Part shown: positions 52,066-61,032 of the stretch, in pieces
How the letters are laid out: the number at the start of each line of letters is the position of its first letter
Numbering within the stretch: the stretch's first letter is position 1
Assembly (NCBI GenBank): GCA_013151575.1
Contig: JAADHZ010000059.1
Span: forward strand, 1-61,032
Direction: 5' to 3'
From: Gammaproteobacteria bacterium
GTDB taxonomy: Bacteria; Pseudomonadota; Gammaproteobacteria; SZUA-152
Length of the DNA stretch: 61,032 nucleotides
Notes under the pieces: model-generated
The model's database searches: none
The model's input: the letters and a program-made list of their open reading frames with translations, nothing else
Told to the model about the DNA's origin: nothing
Position numbers and translations under genes: made by a program

Positions 52066-52920
52066 TTACTTAAAGTATTTGAAGAACTCCGAGTCCGGCG
52101 CAACTACCAGCACATCGTCCTTGCTGGCAAAGGTCCGTTTGTACGCGTTGAGGCTGCGATACAGGGAGTAAAATTCAATATCCTTACCATAGGCTTTGGC
52201 ATAAATTCCCGTGGCGGAGGCATCGCCTTCACCGCGCAACACTTCCGCATCACGAAACGCATCAGCAATGATCACCGTACGTTGACGGTCCGCCTCGGCA
52301 CGGATTTTTTCCGCCGCTTCAGCACCGCGAGAGCGGAGATCCTTGGCAACGCGAACCCGTTCCGCACGCATGCGCCGATACACGGAATCATTGATGTCCG
52401 GCGGAAAATCGATGCGTTTAATGCGCACGTCAACAATATCGATACCGAAGGCCTGGGCCTGCTCGTTGGCCTGTGCCGTGATGTGGGTCATGATTTGCTG
52501 ACGTTCACCGGACACCGCCTCTTTGATCGTGCGCTTGGCAAACTCACCGCGCAGGCCATCTTTGATGATCTGCGACAAACGTAAATTAGCACGCACCTCG
52601 TCACCACCCGTCGCAGTGTAATAGTTCGCCACATCCTTGATGCGCCACTTCACGAACGAATCCACGATGAGGTTTTTCTTCTCACCGGTAAGGTACCGCT
52701 CCGGCTCTGCATCCAGGGTCTGGATACGTGCATCGAATTTTAGGATGTTATTCACAAACGGGGTTTTCCAGTGCAGACCGGGTTTAAAATCGGTCTTCAC
52801 AATTTCACCCAAGCGGAAAAGAATCACCTTGTCACGCTCGTCCACCGTAAAGACGGAGAATGAGGCGATGACGATGACAGCCGCCAGCGCAATACCGCTC
52901 AGCATTTTAAATGATCCCAT
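52066..52920 (-). CDS. hflC: Protease modulator HflC
   Basis: SPFH/band-7 domain, N-terminal TM, and it follows hflK with a TAATG overlap. Confidence 0.92.
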   Translation of the reverse strand: MGSFKMLSGIALAAVIVIASFSVFTVDERDKVILFRLGEIVKTDFKPGLHWKTPFVNNILKFDARIQTLDAEPERYLTGEKKNLIVDSFVKWRIKDVANYYTATGGDEVRANLRLSQIIKDGLRGEFAKRTIKEAVSGERQQIMTHITAQANEQAQAFGIDIVDVRIKRIDFPPDINDSVYRRMRAERVRVAKDLRSRGAEAAEKIRAEADRQRTVIIADAFRDAEVLRGEGDASATGIYAKAYGKDIEFYSLYRSLNAYKRTFASKDDVLVVAPDSEFFKYFK

Positions 52921-54131
52921 TAGCGTTCTCCCCTGCCACGCGAGCTGCTGCGGCCGCGTGGTTCCGACTGTGTTCGCGAGCCGCTAAAATTTTCCACCGG
53001 GCGGCGCGGCGTTGAGTTGCTCGACGTGCCACGATTCATCAGACGATCCAGCGGCAGATACAGAATATTGTTGCCACCCTTCACGTCCACCAGCACCTTG
53101 CTGGTATTGGCCATGACCGATTCCACTGCTTCCAGGTACAGACGCTTGCGTGTCACCTCCGGCGCCTTTTGGTATTCGGTCAACACCTGGGTAAAGCGGG
53201 AAGCCTCACCGGTGGCCTCGGCAATCACCTGCTCTTTATATGCGTTGCCTTCCGCCATCTGACGCGCCGCCTTGCCGCGCGCTCTGGGAATGATGTCATT
53301 GGAGTAACCTTCCGCCTCGTTGACAGCACGTGCTTGATCACCCTGCGCCTTCACTGCATCCGCAAAAGCATCCTGCACCTGCTCCGGCGGTTGAGCGTCC
53401 TGCAAATTGACCGTGGTAATAAACAGGCCGGTCCCGTAGGTATCCATAATCTCCTGCACATGTTCACGGGTCTGCGCAGTCACTTCGGCACGGCCTTCCT
53501 TGAGGATGTAATCCATGTTGTTTTTGCCGACAACCTCACGGACAGCGCTCTCAATCACCTGACGCAGGGAAACCTCGGGATCTTTGACGTTGAATAGATA
53601 ATCACTGGCGCTCTTAACTTTGTATTGCACGGCCAGCTTGATATCGACGATGTTTTCATCCTGAGTCAGCATCAACGACTCACGTCCCACCGAGCTGCCA
53701 GCGCCGCGACCACCCGCCCCCGAAGAACGAAAACCAATGCTGAGGCTGCGAATCTGTGAGATATCCACAATCTCCACACTGTCGATACCACGCGGATACC
53801 AATGTGGCCCCGGCTGGGTGGTTGTATTGTATTGCCCAAAACGCAACTCAACGCCACGGGTACCTTCATCGACGATATAAATGCCGGAAAAAATCCACAC
53901 GCCAAGAAGCACCACGGCAATCAAACCAACACCAATGGAGCCTGCCTTGCCGCTACCGGAGCCGCCGCCGCTACTACTACTGCCGCCACCTTTGGCGCCA
54001 CCGAACAGGTTTCCAAGTTTTTCCTGTAATTTTTTTACCACTTCATCAAGGTCAGGCGGTCCTTGATCTTTACCGCCACGTCCGCCCCAGGGATCTTTGT
54101 TCCCGGAACCACCAGGTTCATTCCAGGCCAT
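52920..54131 (-). CDS. hflK: Protease modulator HflK
   Basis: MAWNEPGGSGNKDPWGGRGGKDQGPPDLDE..., a Gly/Ser-rich linker, TM and SPFH domain. Confidence 0.92.
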   Translation of the reverse strand: MAWNEPGGSGNKDPWGGRGGKDQGPPDLDEVVKKLQEKLGNLFGGAKGGGSSSSGGGSGSGKAGSIGVGLIAVVLLGVWIFSGIYIVDEGTRGVELRFGQYNTTTQPGPHWYPRGIDSVEIVDISQIRSLSIGFRSSGAGGRGAGSSVGRESLMLTQDENIVDIKLAVQYKVKSASDYLFNVKDPEVSLRQVIESAVREVVGKNNMDYILKEGRAEVTAQTREHVQEIMDTYGTGLFITTVNLQDAQPPEQVQDAFADAVKAQGDQARAVNEAEGYSNDIIPRARGKAARQMAEGNAYKEQVIAEATGEASRFTQVLTEYQKAPEVTRKRLYLEAVESVMANTSKVLVDVKGGNNILYLPLDRLMNRGTSSNSTPRRPVENFSGSRTQSEPRGRSSSRGRGER

Positions 54132-54226
54132 TTAGTTACTCCATCTGTGAAAAATTAATTGAGCGCCGACCGCAAGCCGACACAGGTGCTGGATTTTAGA
54201 TTCTTTATGGGTGCAGCCGCAACTGT

Positions 54227-55546
54227 TTAACTGCAACAATTCACGCCCAGCAATGGGAATTGCACACCTTCGGTTTTTTTTAGGCCATCGAGATCCTTGC
54301 GCGCCATTTCCACTTGCAGCAATGAATCGCCATCCTCTTCCACGCATTCCTGAAGCACTCGCCCCAGAGAAAACAAGCGCGCCCGCAGTCGGCCATTGCC
54401 GACGGGCACCCGAACCCACTCCCGCACTTGGGCCGGGCGGCAGTGTTCCGCCAAGGCCGACATAAGCAGACCCACCCCCTCACCGCCTGCAGCGGACAGC
54501 CACACGCGGCGCACAGCGCCATTTTCATCGCGATCAACCCGGGGCTTGTTATGCTCCATCAGATCGAGCTTGTTGAATACCTCGATCTGCGGTACATCCT
54601 CGGCACCGATTTCCTTGAGCACCGCATTCACCTCAGCCATCTGCTCAGCGTAATTTTCATTGTGCGCATCCACTATGTGCAACAGCAGATCGGCCTGCCG
54701 CGTTTCTTCCAGGGTGGAACGAAAGGCTGCCACCAAATCGTGGGGCAGCTGACGGATAAATCCCACCGTGTCGGCCAAAATAATGCGCTGCTGGTCCGGC
54801 AGTTCCACCCGTCGCAAAGTGGGATCCAGGGTGGCGAACAACTGGTCTGCGGTATACACGCCAGACTTGGTGACACGATTAAACAATGTCGATTTGCCCG
54901 CATTGGTGTAACCCACCAGCGATACAGTGGGCACCTCCGCCTTGCGACGTGCGCGACGGCTCTGGCTGCGTTGGTTTTGCACCTTTTCCAGACGTTTGTT
55001 GAGCTGCTTGATACGCAGCCCCAGCAGACGTCGATCCGTTTCCAGCTGGGTCTCACCCGGACCCCGCAAGCCGATACCCCCTTTCTGCCGTTCCAGATGG
55101 GTCCAGCCCCGCACCAGGCGGGTGGAGATGTGTTTCAGTTGCGCCAGTTCCACCTGTAGACGGCCCTCGTGGGACGAGGCCCGCTGGGCAAAAATGTCGA
55201 GAATCAAGCCGGTGCGATCCAGCACCCGGCATTGGAGCAGTCGTTCGAGATTACGCTCCTGCGACGGCGCCAGCGGATAGTCCACCAGCACCAGGGTGGC
55301 CTTGTGCTGCTCGATACAGACCTTGACCTCCTCGGCCTTGCCAGTGCCGATGAGATATTTGGGATCAGGCGTACGCCGGGAGCCGGAGACCACGGCCACC
55401 GGTTCAGCACCCGCAGATACCGCCAGCTCACGAAATTCATCGAGGGCTTCGCTGTCGGTCTGAGAGGAAAAATCCAAGTGGACCAGAATGGCGCGCTCAC
55501 CGCCGTCGCTACCGTCTTTGTTGCCGGATGGGGGACGCTCAAACAA
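54227..55546 (-). CDS. hflX: GTPase HflX
   Basis: GYTNAGKSTLFN G1 motif, DTVGFI, NKLD. Confidence 0.93.
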   Translation of the reverse strand: MFERPPSGNKDGSDGGERAILVHLDFSSQTDSEALDEFRELAVSAGAEPVAVVSGSRRTPDPKYLIGTGKAEEVKVCIEQHKATLVLVDYPLAPSQERNLERLLQCRVLDRTGLILDIFAQRASSHEGRLQVELAQLKHISTRLVRGWTHLERQKGGIGLRGPGETQLETDRRLLGLRIKQLNKRLEKVQNQRSQSRRARRKAEVPTVSLVGYTNAGKSTLFNRVTKSGVYTADQLFATLDPTLRRVELPDQQRIILADTVGFIRQLPHDLVAAFRSTLEETRQADLLLHIVDAHNENYAEQMAEVNAVLKEIGAEDVPQIEVFNKLDLMEHNKPRVDRDENGAVRRVWLSAAGGEGVGLLMSALAEHCRPAQVREWVRVPVGNGRLRARLFSLGRVLQECVEEDGDSLLQVEMARKDLDGLKKTEGVQFPLLGVNCCS

Positions 55547-55581
55547 TGGCGTCCCCCCTGGCCAGTTCCGGGCGTGCTGAA

Positions 55582-55833
55582 TCAGGAATTATGCGAATCA
55601 GGAGCACCGTCTTGAACTATGGGCAATTTTACGTTGCGCGAAGGCACCACCGTGGAAATCGCATGTTTGTACACCATTTGGCTGACATTGTTTTTCAGTA
55701 ACACGACAAACTGGTCAAATGAATCGATTTGGCCCTGCAGCTTAATGCCGTTGACCAGAAAAATCGCGACCGGAATACGCTCCTTACGAAGGGCGTTGAG
55801 GAAAGGGTCTTGTAGTGATTGCCCTTTTGACAT
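55582..55833 (-). CDS. hfq: RNA chaperone Hfq
   Basis: [48 protein letters not shown]...[10 protein letters not shown]. Confidence 0.97.
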   Translation of the reverse strand: MSKGQSLQDPFLNALRKERIPVAIFLVNGIKLQGQIDSFDQFVVLLKNNVSQMVYKHAISTVVPSRNVKLPIVQDGAPDSHNS

Positions 55834-55993
55834 GATGTTCTCCTTTTATAGTTATCCTTATTTTATTATGGGCACCCGGAGGCCGACAATTCGGTCCCAA
55901 ACTTTCCCGAATCTCACAGGAATCATTCGTACAGCCAAACGACGGAAATCCACTACCACGATCCGGTGCCCAGCCTTTACATCCCTGTAGGTC

Positions 55994-56956
55994 TCATATG
56001 GCACTAGCGGCAAGATATTTCAAGACCTTAGTGTGAATAAGAGTGGAGGTGGCCTCAAATTTAGCCTCCTCGGGCTCATGCCGTAACCAGGTGCGCTGAC
56101 GTTTGGCCAGCTGGCGAGTGGCGATGAGGCCCTTTTCCACCATGGTGTCGTAATCATACTCACCATCGAGGTACGCCCATATCTGCCGATAACCCACCGC
56201 GCGCATGGACGGCAGCCCGGCATGCAGATCACCGCGAGCGAACAGCGCTTCCACTTCGGCCACGAACCCCTGTTGCAGCATGGCCCGGAAACGCTGTTCG
56301 ATGCGTTGCTGCTGCGCGGCGCGGTCCTGCAATGACAACACCACCTTCACCACCCGACAGGGCAGCGCCGTGTCCGCTTCCCGCTGATGCCAGACGCTGA
56401 GGCTTTCGCCACTGATGTCGTACACCTCCAGCGCCCGCAGGATGCGCTGGGAATCATTGACATGAATGCGTAGCGCGGCCTGCGGGTCCACCGACGCCAG
56501 ACGAGCATGCAAGGCGGCCAGCCCCTGCTCTGCGAGTTCCGTCGCCAACCGGGCCCGCACCACCGGGTCCGCCGTCGGCAACGGTGACAGACCGTGTTCC
56601 AGCGCACGGAAATACAGCATGGTGCCGCCCACCAACAACGGAATGCGATTTCGGGACTGGATCTCCAGGATTTCCACCAGCGCCCGCTCACGGAACTGGG
56701 CGGCAGAAAAAGGCTCGGCGGGGTCACAAATGTCGACGAGGCGATGGGGAGCCGTAGCCAGGGTGACGGCGTCAGGTTTGGCGGTGCCGATGTCCATACC
56801 GCGATACACCAACGCGGAATCCACGCTGATGATGTCGCAGGGCAGCTCCCCCGCCAGCTTCACCGCCAGCTCGGTTTTACCGGCGGCGGTGGGACCCATC
56901 AGAAAAATCACGGCGGGTTTGTCCGGCGCATTACCTGAGAATATCGCGTTGCTCAC
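55994..56956 (-). CDS. miaA: tRNA dimethylallyltransferase
   Basis: [17 protein letters not shown]-loop, [21 protein letters not shown]. Confidence 0.93.
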   Translation of the reverse strand: MSNAIFSGNAPDKPAVIFLMGPTAAGKTELAVKLAGELPCDIISVDSALVYRGMDIGTAKPDAVTLATAPHRLVDICDPAEPFSAAQFRERALVEILEIQSRNRIPLLVGGTMLYFRALEHGLSPLPTADPVVRARLATELAEQGLAALHARLASVDPQAALRIHVNDSQRILRALEVYDISGESLSVWHQREADTALPCRVVKVVLSLQDRAAQQQRIEQRFRAMLQQGFVAEVEALFARGDLHAGLPSMRAVGYRQIWAYLDGEYDYDTMVEKGLIATRQLAKRQRTWLRHEPEEAKFEATSTLIHTKVLKYLAASAI

Positions 56957-56965
56957 CGAGTTTGA

Positions 56966-57442
56966 TTACTGCCAGGCCAACAGACAAATGGCCAGAATGA
57001 CAGCATCCTCCCGTCCATGGTCTGCGGGATAATAATCTTTGCGGGTACCGATTGGGTTAAAACCCATCTGGTCGTACAACTGCAACGCGCTGATATTGGA
57101 AGGGCGCACTTCCAAAAACACGTTTTCCACCTCCAGCTCCGCAGCAGCATCCAGCAGACCTTCCAGCAGGGAACGCCCCAGACCGCGCCGCCGGAAGGTT
57201 TCCGCCACACACAGGTTCAACACGTGAGCCTCACCCGCACCGATGGACATCACACCGTAACCCACGAAGACATCGTCCAGCTCTGCCACAAGACAGCGAT
57301 ACCCCACGCGCAGACAATCGGCAAAAATACGCCGGGTCCAGGGATAGGGGTAAGCAATCTGCTCAATGTCCATCACGGTATTCAAATCAGCCTCGGTCAT
57401 GGGGCGCAGCTGCAATGGAGGCGTCTCAAGCACGGCGCTCAT
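56966..57442 (-). CDS. rimI: Ribosomal-protein-alanine N-acetyltransferase
   Basis: From ATG 57442: MSAVLETPPLQLRPMTEADLNTVMDIEQIAYPYPW..., GNAT motif A RRRGLGRSLL. The ATG overlaps the TGA of the UDG C-terminal frame (ATGA). Confidence 0.85.
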   Translation of the reverse strand: MSAVLETPPLQLRPMTEADLNTVMDIEQIAYPYPWTRRIFADCLRVGYRCLVAELDDVFVGYGVMSIGAGEAHVLNLCVAETFRRRGLGRSLLEGLLDAAAELEVENVFLEVRPSNISALQLYDQMGFNPIGTRKDYYPADHGREDAVILAICLLAWQ

Positions 57443-58309
57443 GGTGTCTGCCGACCGGTAGCCTGCGCGAATTTGAGGTCTTCCCAGGCCTTGGCCTTGT
57501 CGCTGGGTTTGCGCAATAGATAAGCAGGATGATAGGTCACCACCAGCGGGGTATCCCCGTAGCGATACACTTGCCCGCGCAAGCGCGACAGCGGTGTATC
57601 CACTTTCAGCAAATTGTGGGCCGCCACCCGCGGCGAGAATCACCTTGGGCCGCACTAATTGCACCTGGCGTTGCAGGTAAACCTCGCAACAGGCGGTTTC
57701 TTCAGGACGCGGGTCGCGGTTTCCGGGAGGCTGACATTTGAGGGTGTTGGCGATGTAGATCTGCTCACGCCGGAGACCGATAGCCAGCAGCATGTTGTTG
57801 AGCAATCCGCCTGCCCGCCCCACGAAGGGCTGACCCTGGCGGTCCTCTTCAGCCCCAGGAGCCTCGCCCACCACCATCCAGTCGGCCTGTTCATCACCGA
57901 CACCAAACACGGTTTGAGTGCGCGTTTCGTGCAGGGGACAGGCCGTGCAGTCACGCACCGCCGATTTCAACTGCGGCCAGTCCAGCGTCAAAACCCGGCT
58001 CACGGCGGCGTCCGGCGTTTCCGCCTCCGATTGCGCAGCAGACGCTGCAATATTGGCGGCGTATTCCTCCGTGGGCGGGGGAACCTCCTCCAGATGAGGG
58101 GGCATGTCCGCCGCCACCGGCGCGGGGAGCGGCGGTGGCGATTCAACCATCGCGGGAGCCGGAACATCGGCAACGACCGGCTCAGCCACCGGCACGGCAG
58201 GCCCCTCCCGCCGCACCCAAGCCTGAATGCCCATGGCGGTGAGATAGGCCCGTGTTTTTTCCGGACGTTGCGCCAAGTGTTGCTCCGGGGTCTGGTCCGT
58301 GCTGTTCAC
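57439..58309 (-). CDS. Family-4 uracil-DNA glycosylase with a long N-terminal extension; frame broken at ~57626-57632
   Basis: The N-terminal frame (from GTG 58309) carries CTACPLHETRTQTVFGVGDEQADWMVVGEAPGAEEDRQGQPFVGRAG ... PKVILAAG. The C-terminal part VAAHNLLKVDTPLSRLRGQVYRYGDTPLVVTYHPAYLLRKPSDKAKAWEDL is in a different frame (ORF 57439..57627). Confidence 0.8.
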
Positions 58310-58324
58310 AATGATCGCCTACCC

Positions 58325-59899
58325 CTACACTTGCGGATGCTGGCGATCCACCGGGGCCAGCATTTTGTTCAGCGCGTTAATGTAGGCCGTGGCAGAGGCG
58401 ATGACGATATCGGTGTCCGCACCCTGGCCGTTGACGATACGCCCGCCCTGCTCCAGCCGCACGGTGACTTCCCCCTGTGAATCGGTACCACTGGTAATAT
58501 TGCTCACCGAGTACAGCTGCAATTCGGTGCCACTACCCACCACCGCCTCAATAGCCTTAAAAGCAGCATCCACCGGCCCACTGCCCTGAGCCTGGGCCTG
58601 CTTTTCATCGCCATCCACATTCAGAGTCACCGAGGCACCGGGGATTTCGCCGGTCTCGGAGCAGACCTTGAGCGACACCAGTTTAACCCGCTCATTTTCG
58701 GCCTCAAGACTGGCCCCGGTCACCAGGGCCTGCAAATCTTCATCGTAAATTTCGTGTTTTTTATCGGCAAGTTCTTTAAATCGCACAAAGGTGGTATTGA
58801 GCTGTTCTTCACTGTCAAAGCTGACCCCCAATTCCTGCATACGGGTACGGAAGGCATTACGGCCGGAGTGTTTGCCCAATACCATACGATTGGCGCTCCA
58901 CCCCACATCCTCGGCCCGCATAATTTCGTAAGTTTCACGACTTTTGAGGACCCCGTCCTGATGGATGCCAGACTCGTGGGCGAAGGCATTGGCACCGACA
59001 ATGGCCTTGTTGGGCTGCACGTTGAAGCCGGTGATACTGGAAACAAGGCGTGAACAGGGCACAATTTGACTGCGGTCGATGTGGTCGACGTTGGGAGCGA
59101 ACACATCGCGGCGGGTGCTCACGGCCATCACCACCTCTTCCAGCGAGGCGTTGCCAGCCCGCTCACCAAGGCCGTTGATGGTGCACTCCACCTGTCGCGC
59201 ACCATTGGCCACCGCGGCCAGTGAATTGGCCACTGCAAGCCCGAGGTCATTGTGGCAGTGCACGGAAAACACCGCCTTGTCCGAATTGGGTACGCGTGCG
59301 ATGAGGTTGCCGATCAGCTCGCCAAACTGCTGCGGCACGTTGTAGCCCACGGTATCGGGGATATTCACCGTGGTGGCACCAGCGTTGATCACCGCCTCCA
59401 ATACACGACACAGAAAATCCTGCTCCGAACGACCGGCGTCCTCGGGGGAAAATTCCACATTGTCGGTGTACTGGCGGGCGCGTTTCACCGCACGCACTGC
59501 TTGCTCCAACACGGCGTCGGGCTCCATGCGTAACTTCATTTTCATGTGAATGGGCGAGGTGGCGATGAAAGTATGGATACGCGCAGAGTTGGCGCCTTTG
59601 AGAGCTTCACCGGCACGGTCAATATCCTTGTCCAGGGCGCGGGCGAGGCCACAGATGGTGCTGTCCTGAATGGCGTTGGCTACGGCCTGCACCGCGTCAA
59701 AATCGCCCACACTGGCGATGGGAAAACCGGCCTCGATCACATCCACATGCATCCGCTCCAGGGCCTTGGCAATGCGCACTTTTTCATCGCGGGTCATAGA
59801 GGCGCCAGGGCTTTGTTCACCGTCACGTAAGGTGGTGTCAAAAATAATCAATGCATCTTTCATTTGGTTTTTTGTGGTGTTTTTCATCTGAGTGGCCAT
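58325..59899 (-). CDS. leuA: 2-isopropylmalate synthase
   Basis: [28 protein letters not shown]-terminal LeuA dimerisation/regulatory domain. AAGGAG lies 9 nt upstream of the ATG. Confidence 0.95.
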   Translation of the reverse strand: MATQMKNTTKNQMKDALIIFDTTLRDGEQSPGASMTRDEKVRIAKALERMHVDVIEAGFPIASVGDFDAVQAVANAIQDSTICGLARALDKDIDRAGEALKGANSARIHTFIATSPIHMKMKLRMEPDAVLEQAVRAVKRARQYTDNVEFSPEDAGRSEQDFLCRVLEAVINAGATTVNIPDTVGYNVPQQFGELIGNLIARVPNSDKAVFSVHCHNDLGLAVANSLAAVANGARQVECTINGLGERAGNASLEEVVMAVSTRRDVFAPNVDHIDRSQIVPCSRLVSSITGFNVQPNKAIVGANAFAHESGIHQDGVLKSRETYEIMRAEDVGWSANRMVLGKHSGRNAFRTRMQELGVSFDSEEQLNTTFVRFKELADKKHEIYDEDLQALVTGASLEAENERVKLVSLKVCSETGEIPGASVTLNVDGDEKQAQAQGSGPVDAAFKAIEAVVGSGTELQLYSVSNITSGTDSQGEVTVRLEQGGRIVNGQGADTDIVIASATAYINALNKMLAPVDRQHPQV

Positions 59900-60102
59900 G
59901 AAATAGGCTCCTTCAATACGTCACTATCTTAACAGCGGTGCCGCCACATTTCAGTGACGGTGGGCGCACGACAGGCGTTGTTCGGGAATGGCGTTGCGCG
60001 AAGCAATGCGCACCCCAAGGGCACTTCCTCAATATTGTTTTCAACAATATGAGGGGCGCAGTACGGAAAAATTGGGTCTATTTTGGAGGAAAGTTGTCTG
60101 CC

Positions 60103-60228
60103 CTAGGGCAGCAGTCGTAGCGACAGAAGGGAAAAACCGACAGTGGAACGCACGCTCAACACAGCCGACTCACGCCGGGTTCCCGGACGGGCATCGGTGG
60201 CAATAGCGTTGTGGTGCTGAAATTCCAT
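60103..60228 (-). CDS. Candidate Leu-rich leader peptide upstream of leuA (speculative)
   Basis: 41 codons: MEFQHHNAIATDARPGTRRESAVLSVRSTVGFSLLSLRLLP*, with 5 Leu in the last 8 codons. The ATG lies about 8 nt after the predicted -10, so the transcript would be nearly leaderless. No SD and no clear terminator hairpin. Confidence 0.2.
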   Translation of the reverse strand: MEFQHHNAIATDARPGTRRESAVLSVRSTVGFSLLSLRLLP

Positions 60229-60235
60229 AAGACTC

Positions 60236-60264
60236 ACTATAGCGGCGCTCGCGGCATTTGCCAA
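60236..60264 (-). promoter_or_regulatory. Strong sigma70-type promoter candidate for the leuA transcript
   Basis: Minus strand reads TTGGCA (60264-60259), a 17-nt spacer, then TATAGT (60241-60236), immediately after the pssA stop codon. Confidence 0.55.
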
Positions 60265-60268
60265 GCCG

Positions 60269-61032
60269 TCAATCCTCACTATTGGAAGAAGGTTTGCGTT
60301 CGGCGCGCCGACGACGCAAGGTCATCAGCGTTACCACCGGCCCCGACACGGCATAACTGGCGAACACCAACAGCAATACTTGCGGCGGATCGATGGACAC
60401 CAGCACAAACACCAGCACCACGGCCAAAATAGTCACGAATGGCACTTTGCCCTTGAGGTCCAAATCTTTGAAACTGCGATAGCGCACATTGCTCACCATC
60501 AACAAACCCGCACAAACGGTCACCACAAAAGCGAAGACGGAAATGCCCAAGCCTTCGACTTGATAGTCGTGCCCCACCCAAACTAAACCCGCCACGACGG
60601 CGGCCGCAGCAGGGCTGGCCAAACCTTGAAAATAGCGTTTATCGGCACTTCCCACCTGAGTATTGAACCGCGCTAGACGCAATGCGGTACCGGCGGTGTA
60701 AACAAATGCGCCGAGCCAACCCAGTTTACCCAGATCAGAAAGCGCCCACACGTACACCACCAACGCCGGAGCGAGGCCAAAGGACACCATGTCGGCAAGG
60801 CTGTCATATTCCGCACCAAAGGCGCTTTGGGTATTGGTCAGGCGCGCGACCCGGCCGTCCAGCCCGTCCATGATCATGGCGATAAAAATAGCGATGGCGG
60901 CGGACTCGAAGCGCCCCCCCATGGCAGCGACGATGGCGTAAAAACCGGCAAACAGACAGCCGGTGGTAAACAAGTTCGGCAACAGATAGATGCCGCGACG
61001 AGGACGTTTGATTTTCCTTTCGTCGTTTTCTG
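60269..61032 (-). CDS. pssA: CDP-diacylglycerol--serine O-phosphatidyltransferase (CDP-alcohol type); 5' end outside the window
   Basis: DGLDGRVARLTNTQSAFGAEYDSLADMVSFG = D(x)2DG(x)2AR...G(x)3D(x)3D motif. The frame stays open upstream to the window edge (...KRPRRGIYLLPNLFT...). Confidence 0.9.
   Translation of the reverse strand, partial: ENDERKIKRPRRGIYLLPNLFTTGCLFAGFYAIVAAMGGRFESAAIAIFIAMIMDGLDGRVARLTNTQSAFGAEYDSLADMVSFGLAPALVVYVWALSDLGKLGWLGAFVYTAGTALRLARFNTQVGSADKRYFQGLASPAAAAVVAGLVWVGHDYQVEGLGISVFAFVVTVCAGLLMVSNVRYRSFKDLDLKGKVPFVTILAVVLVFVLVSIDPPQVLLLVFASYAVSGPVVTLMTLRRRRAERKPSSNSED

Overview
This 61-kb window looks like a chromosomal segment of a gammaproteobacterium. GC is about 55-58% judged by eye, and gene order resembles Pseudomonas or marine Oceanospirillales/Cellvibrionales. 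I cannot name the species.

Most of the window is core housekeeping on the minus strand:
- nrdA-nrdB, then gmd-fcl plus a glycosyltransferase-like gene.
- An alkylation-repair block: ada/alkA fusion, ogt, and a GFA-family gene.
- The classic cluster yceD-rpmF-plsX-fabH-fabD-fabG-acpP-fabF-pabB-pabC-mltG-tmk-holB-pilZ-ycfH.
- A two-subunit pyruvate carboxylase, sbcB, nadA and aspS.
- purA-hisZ-DUF2065-hflC-hflK-hflX-hfq-miaA, then rimI, a family-4 uracil-DNA glycosylase, leuA and pssA.

Accessory content:
- A 908-aa lipoprotein with 3 Ig-like repeats and a 7-blade FG-GAP propeller.
- A more AT-rich stretch (about 33.1-40.5 kb) carrying two divergently transcribed giant exported proteins.
- A very AT-rich islet with two translationally coupled mini membrane proteins.
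- Several gene relics: a degraded ogt copy, a mutS 3' tail, and a P-type ATPase remnant.
- REP-like palindromes and a 9-bp tandem repeat.

I found no rRNA, tRNA, CRISPR, IS/transposase, integrase, or recognisable defence or toxin-antitoxin system.

The most striking direct observation is a cluster of reading-frame lesions in otherwise conserved genes: the nrdB 3' end, the ada/alkA 5' end, the family-4 UDG, and an in-frame TAG in a 1.2-kaa exported protein. This means either indel errors in the consensus or real gene decay, possibly linked to mismatch-repair loss. The window alone cannot decide between them.

I cannot point to a convincing new multi-gene system. The best candidates for follow-up are the UDG with a psi(HolD)-like N-terminus in the holD position, the exported propeller/di-CXXCH protein paired with a Calx-beta esterase lipoprotein, and the mini-membrane-protein islet.
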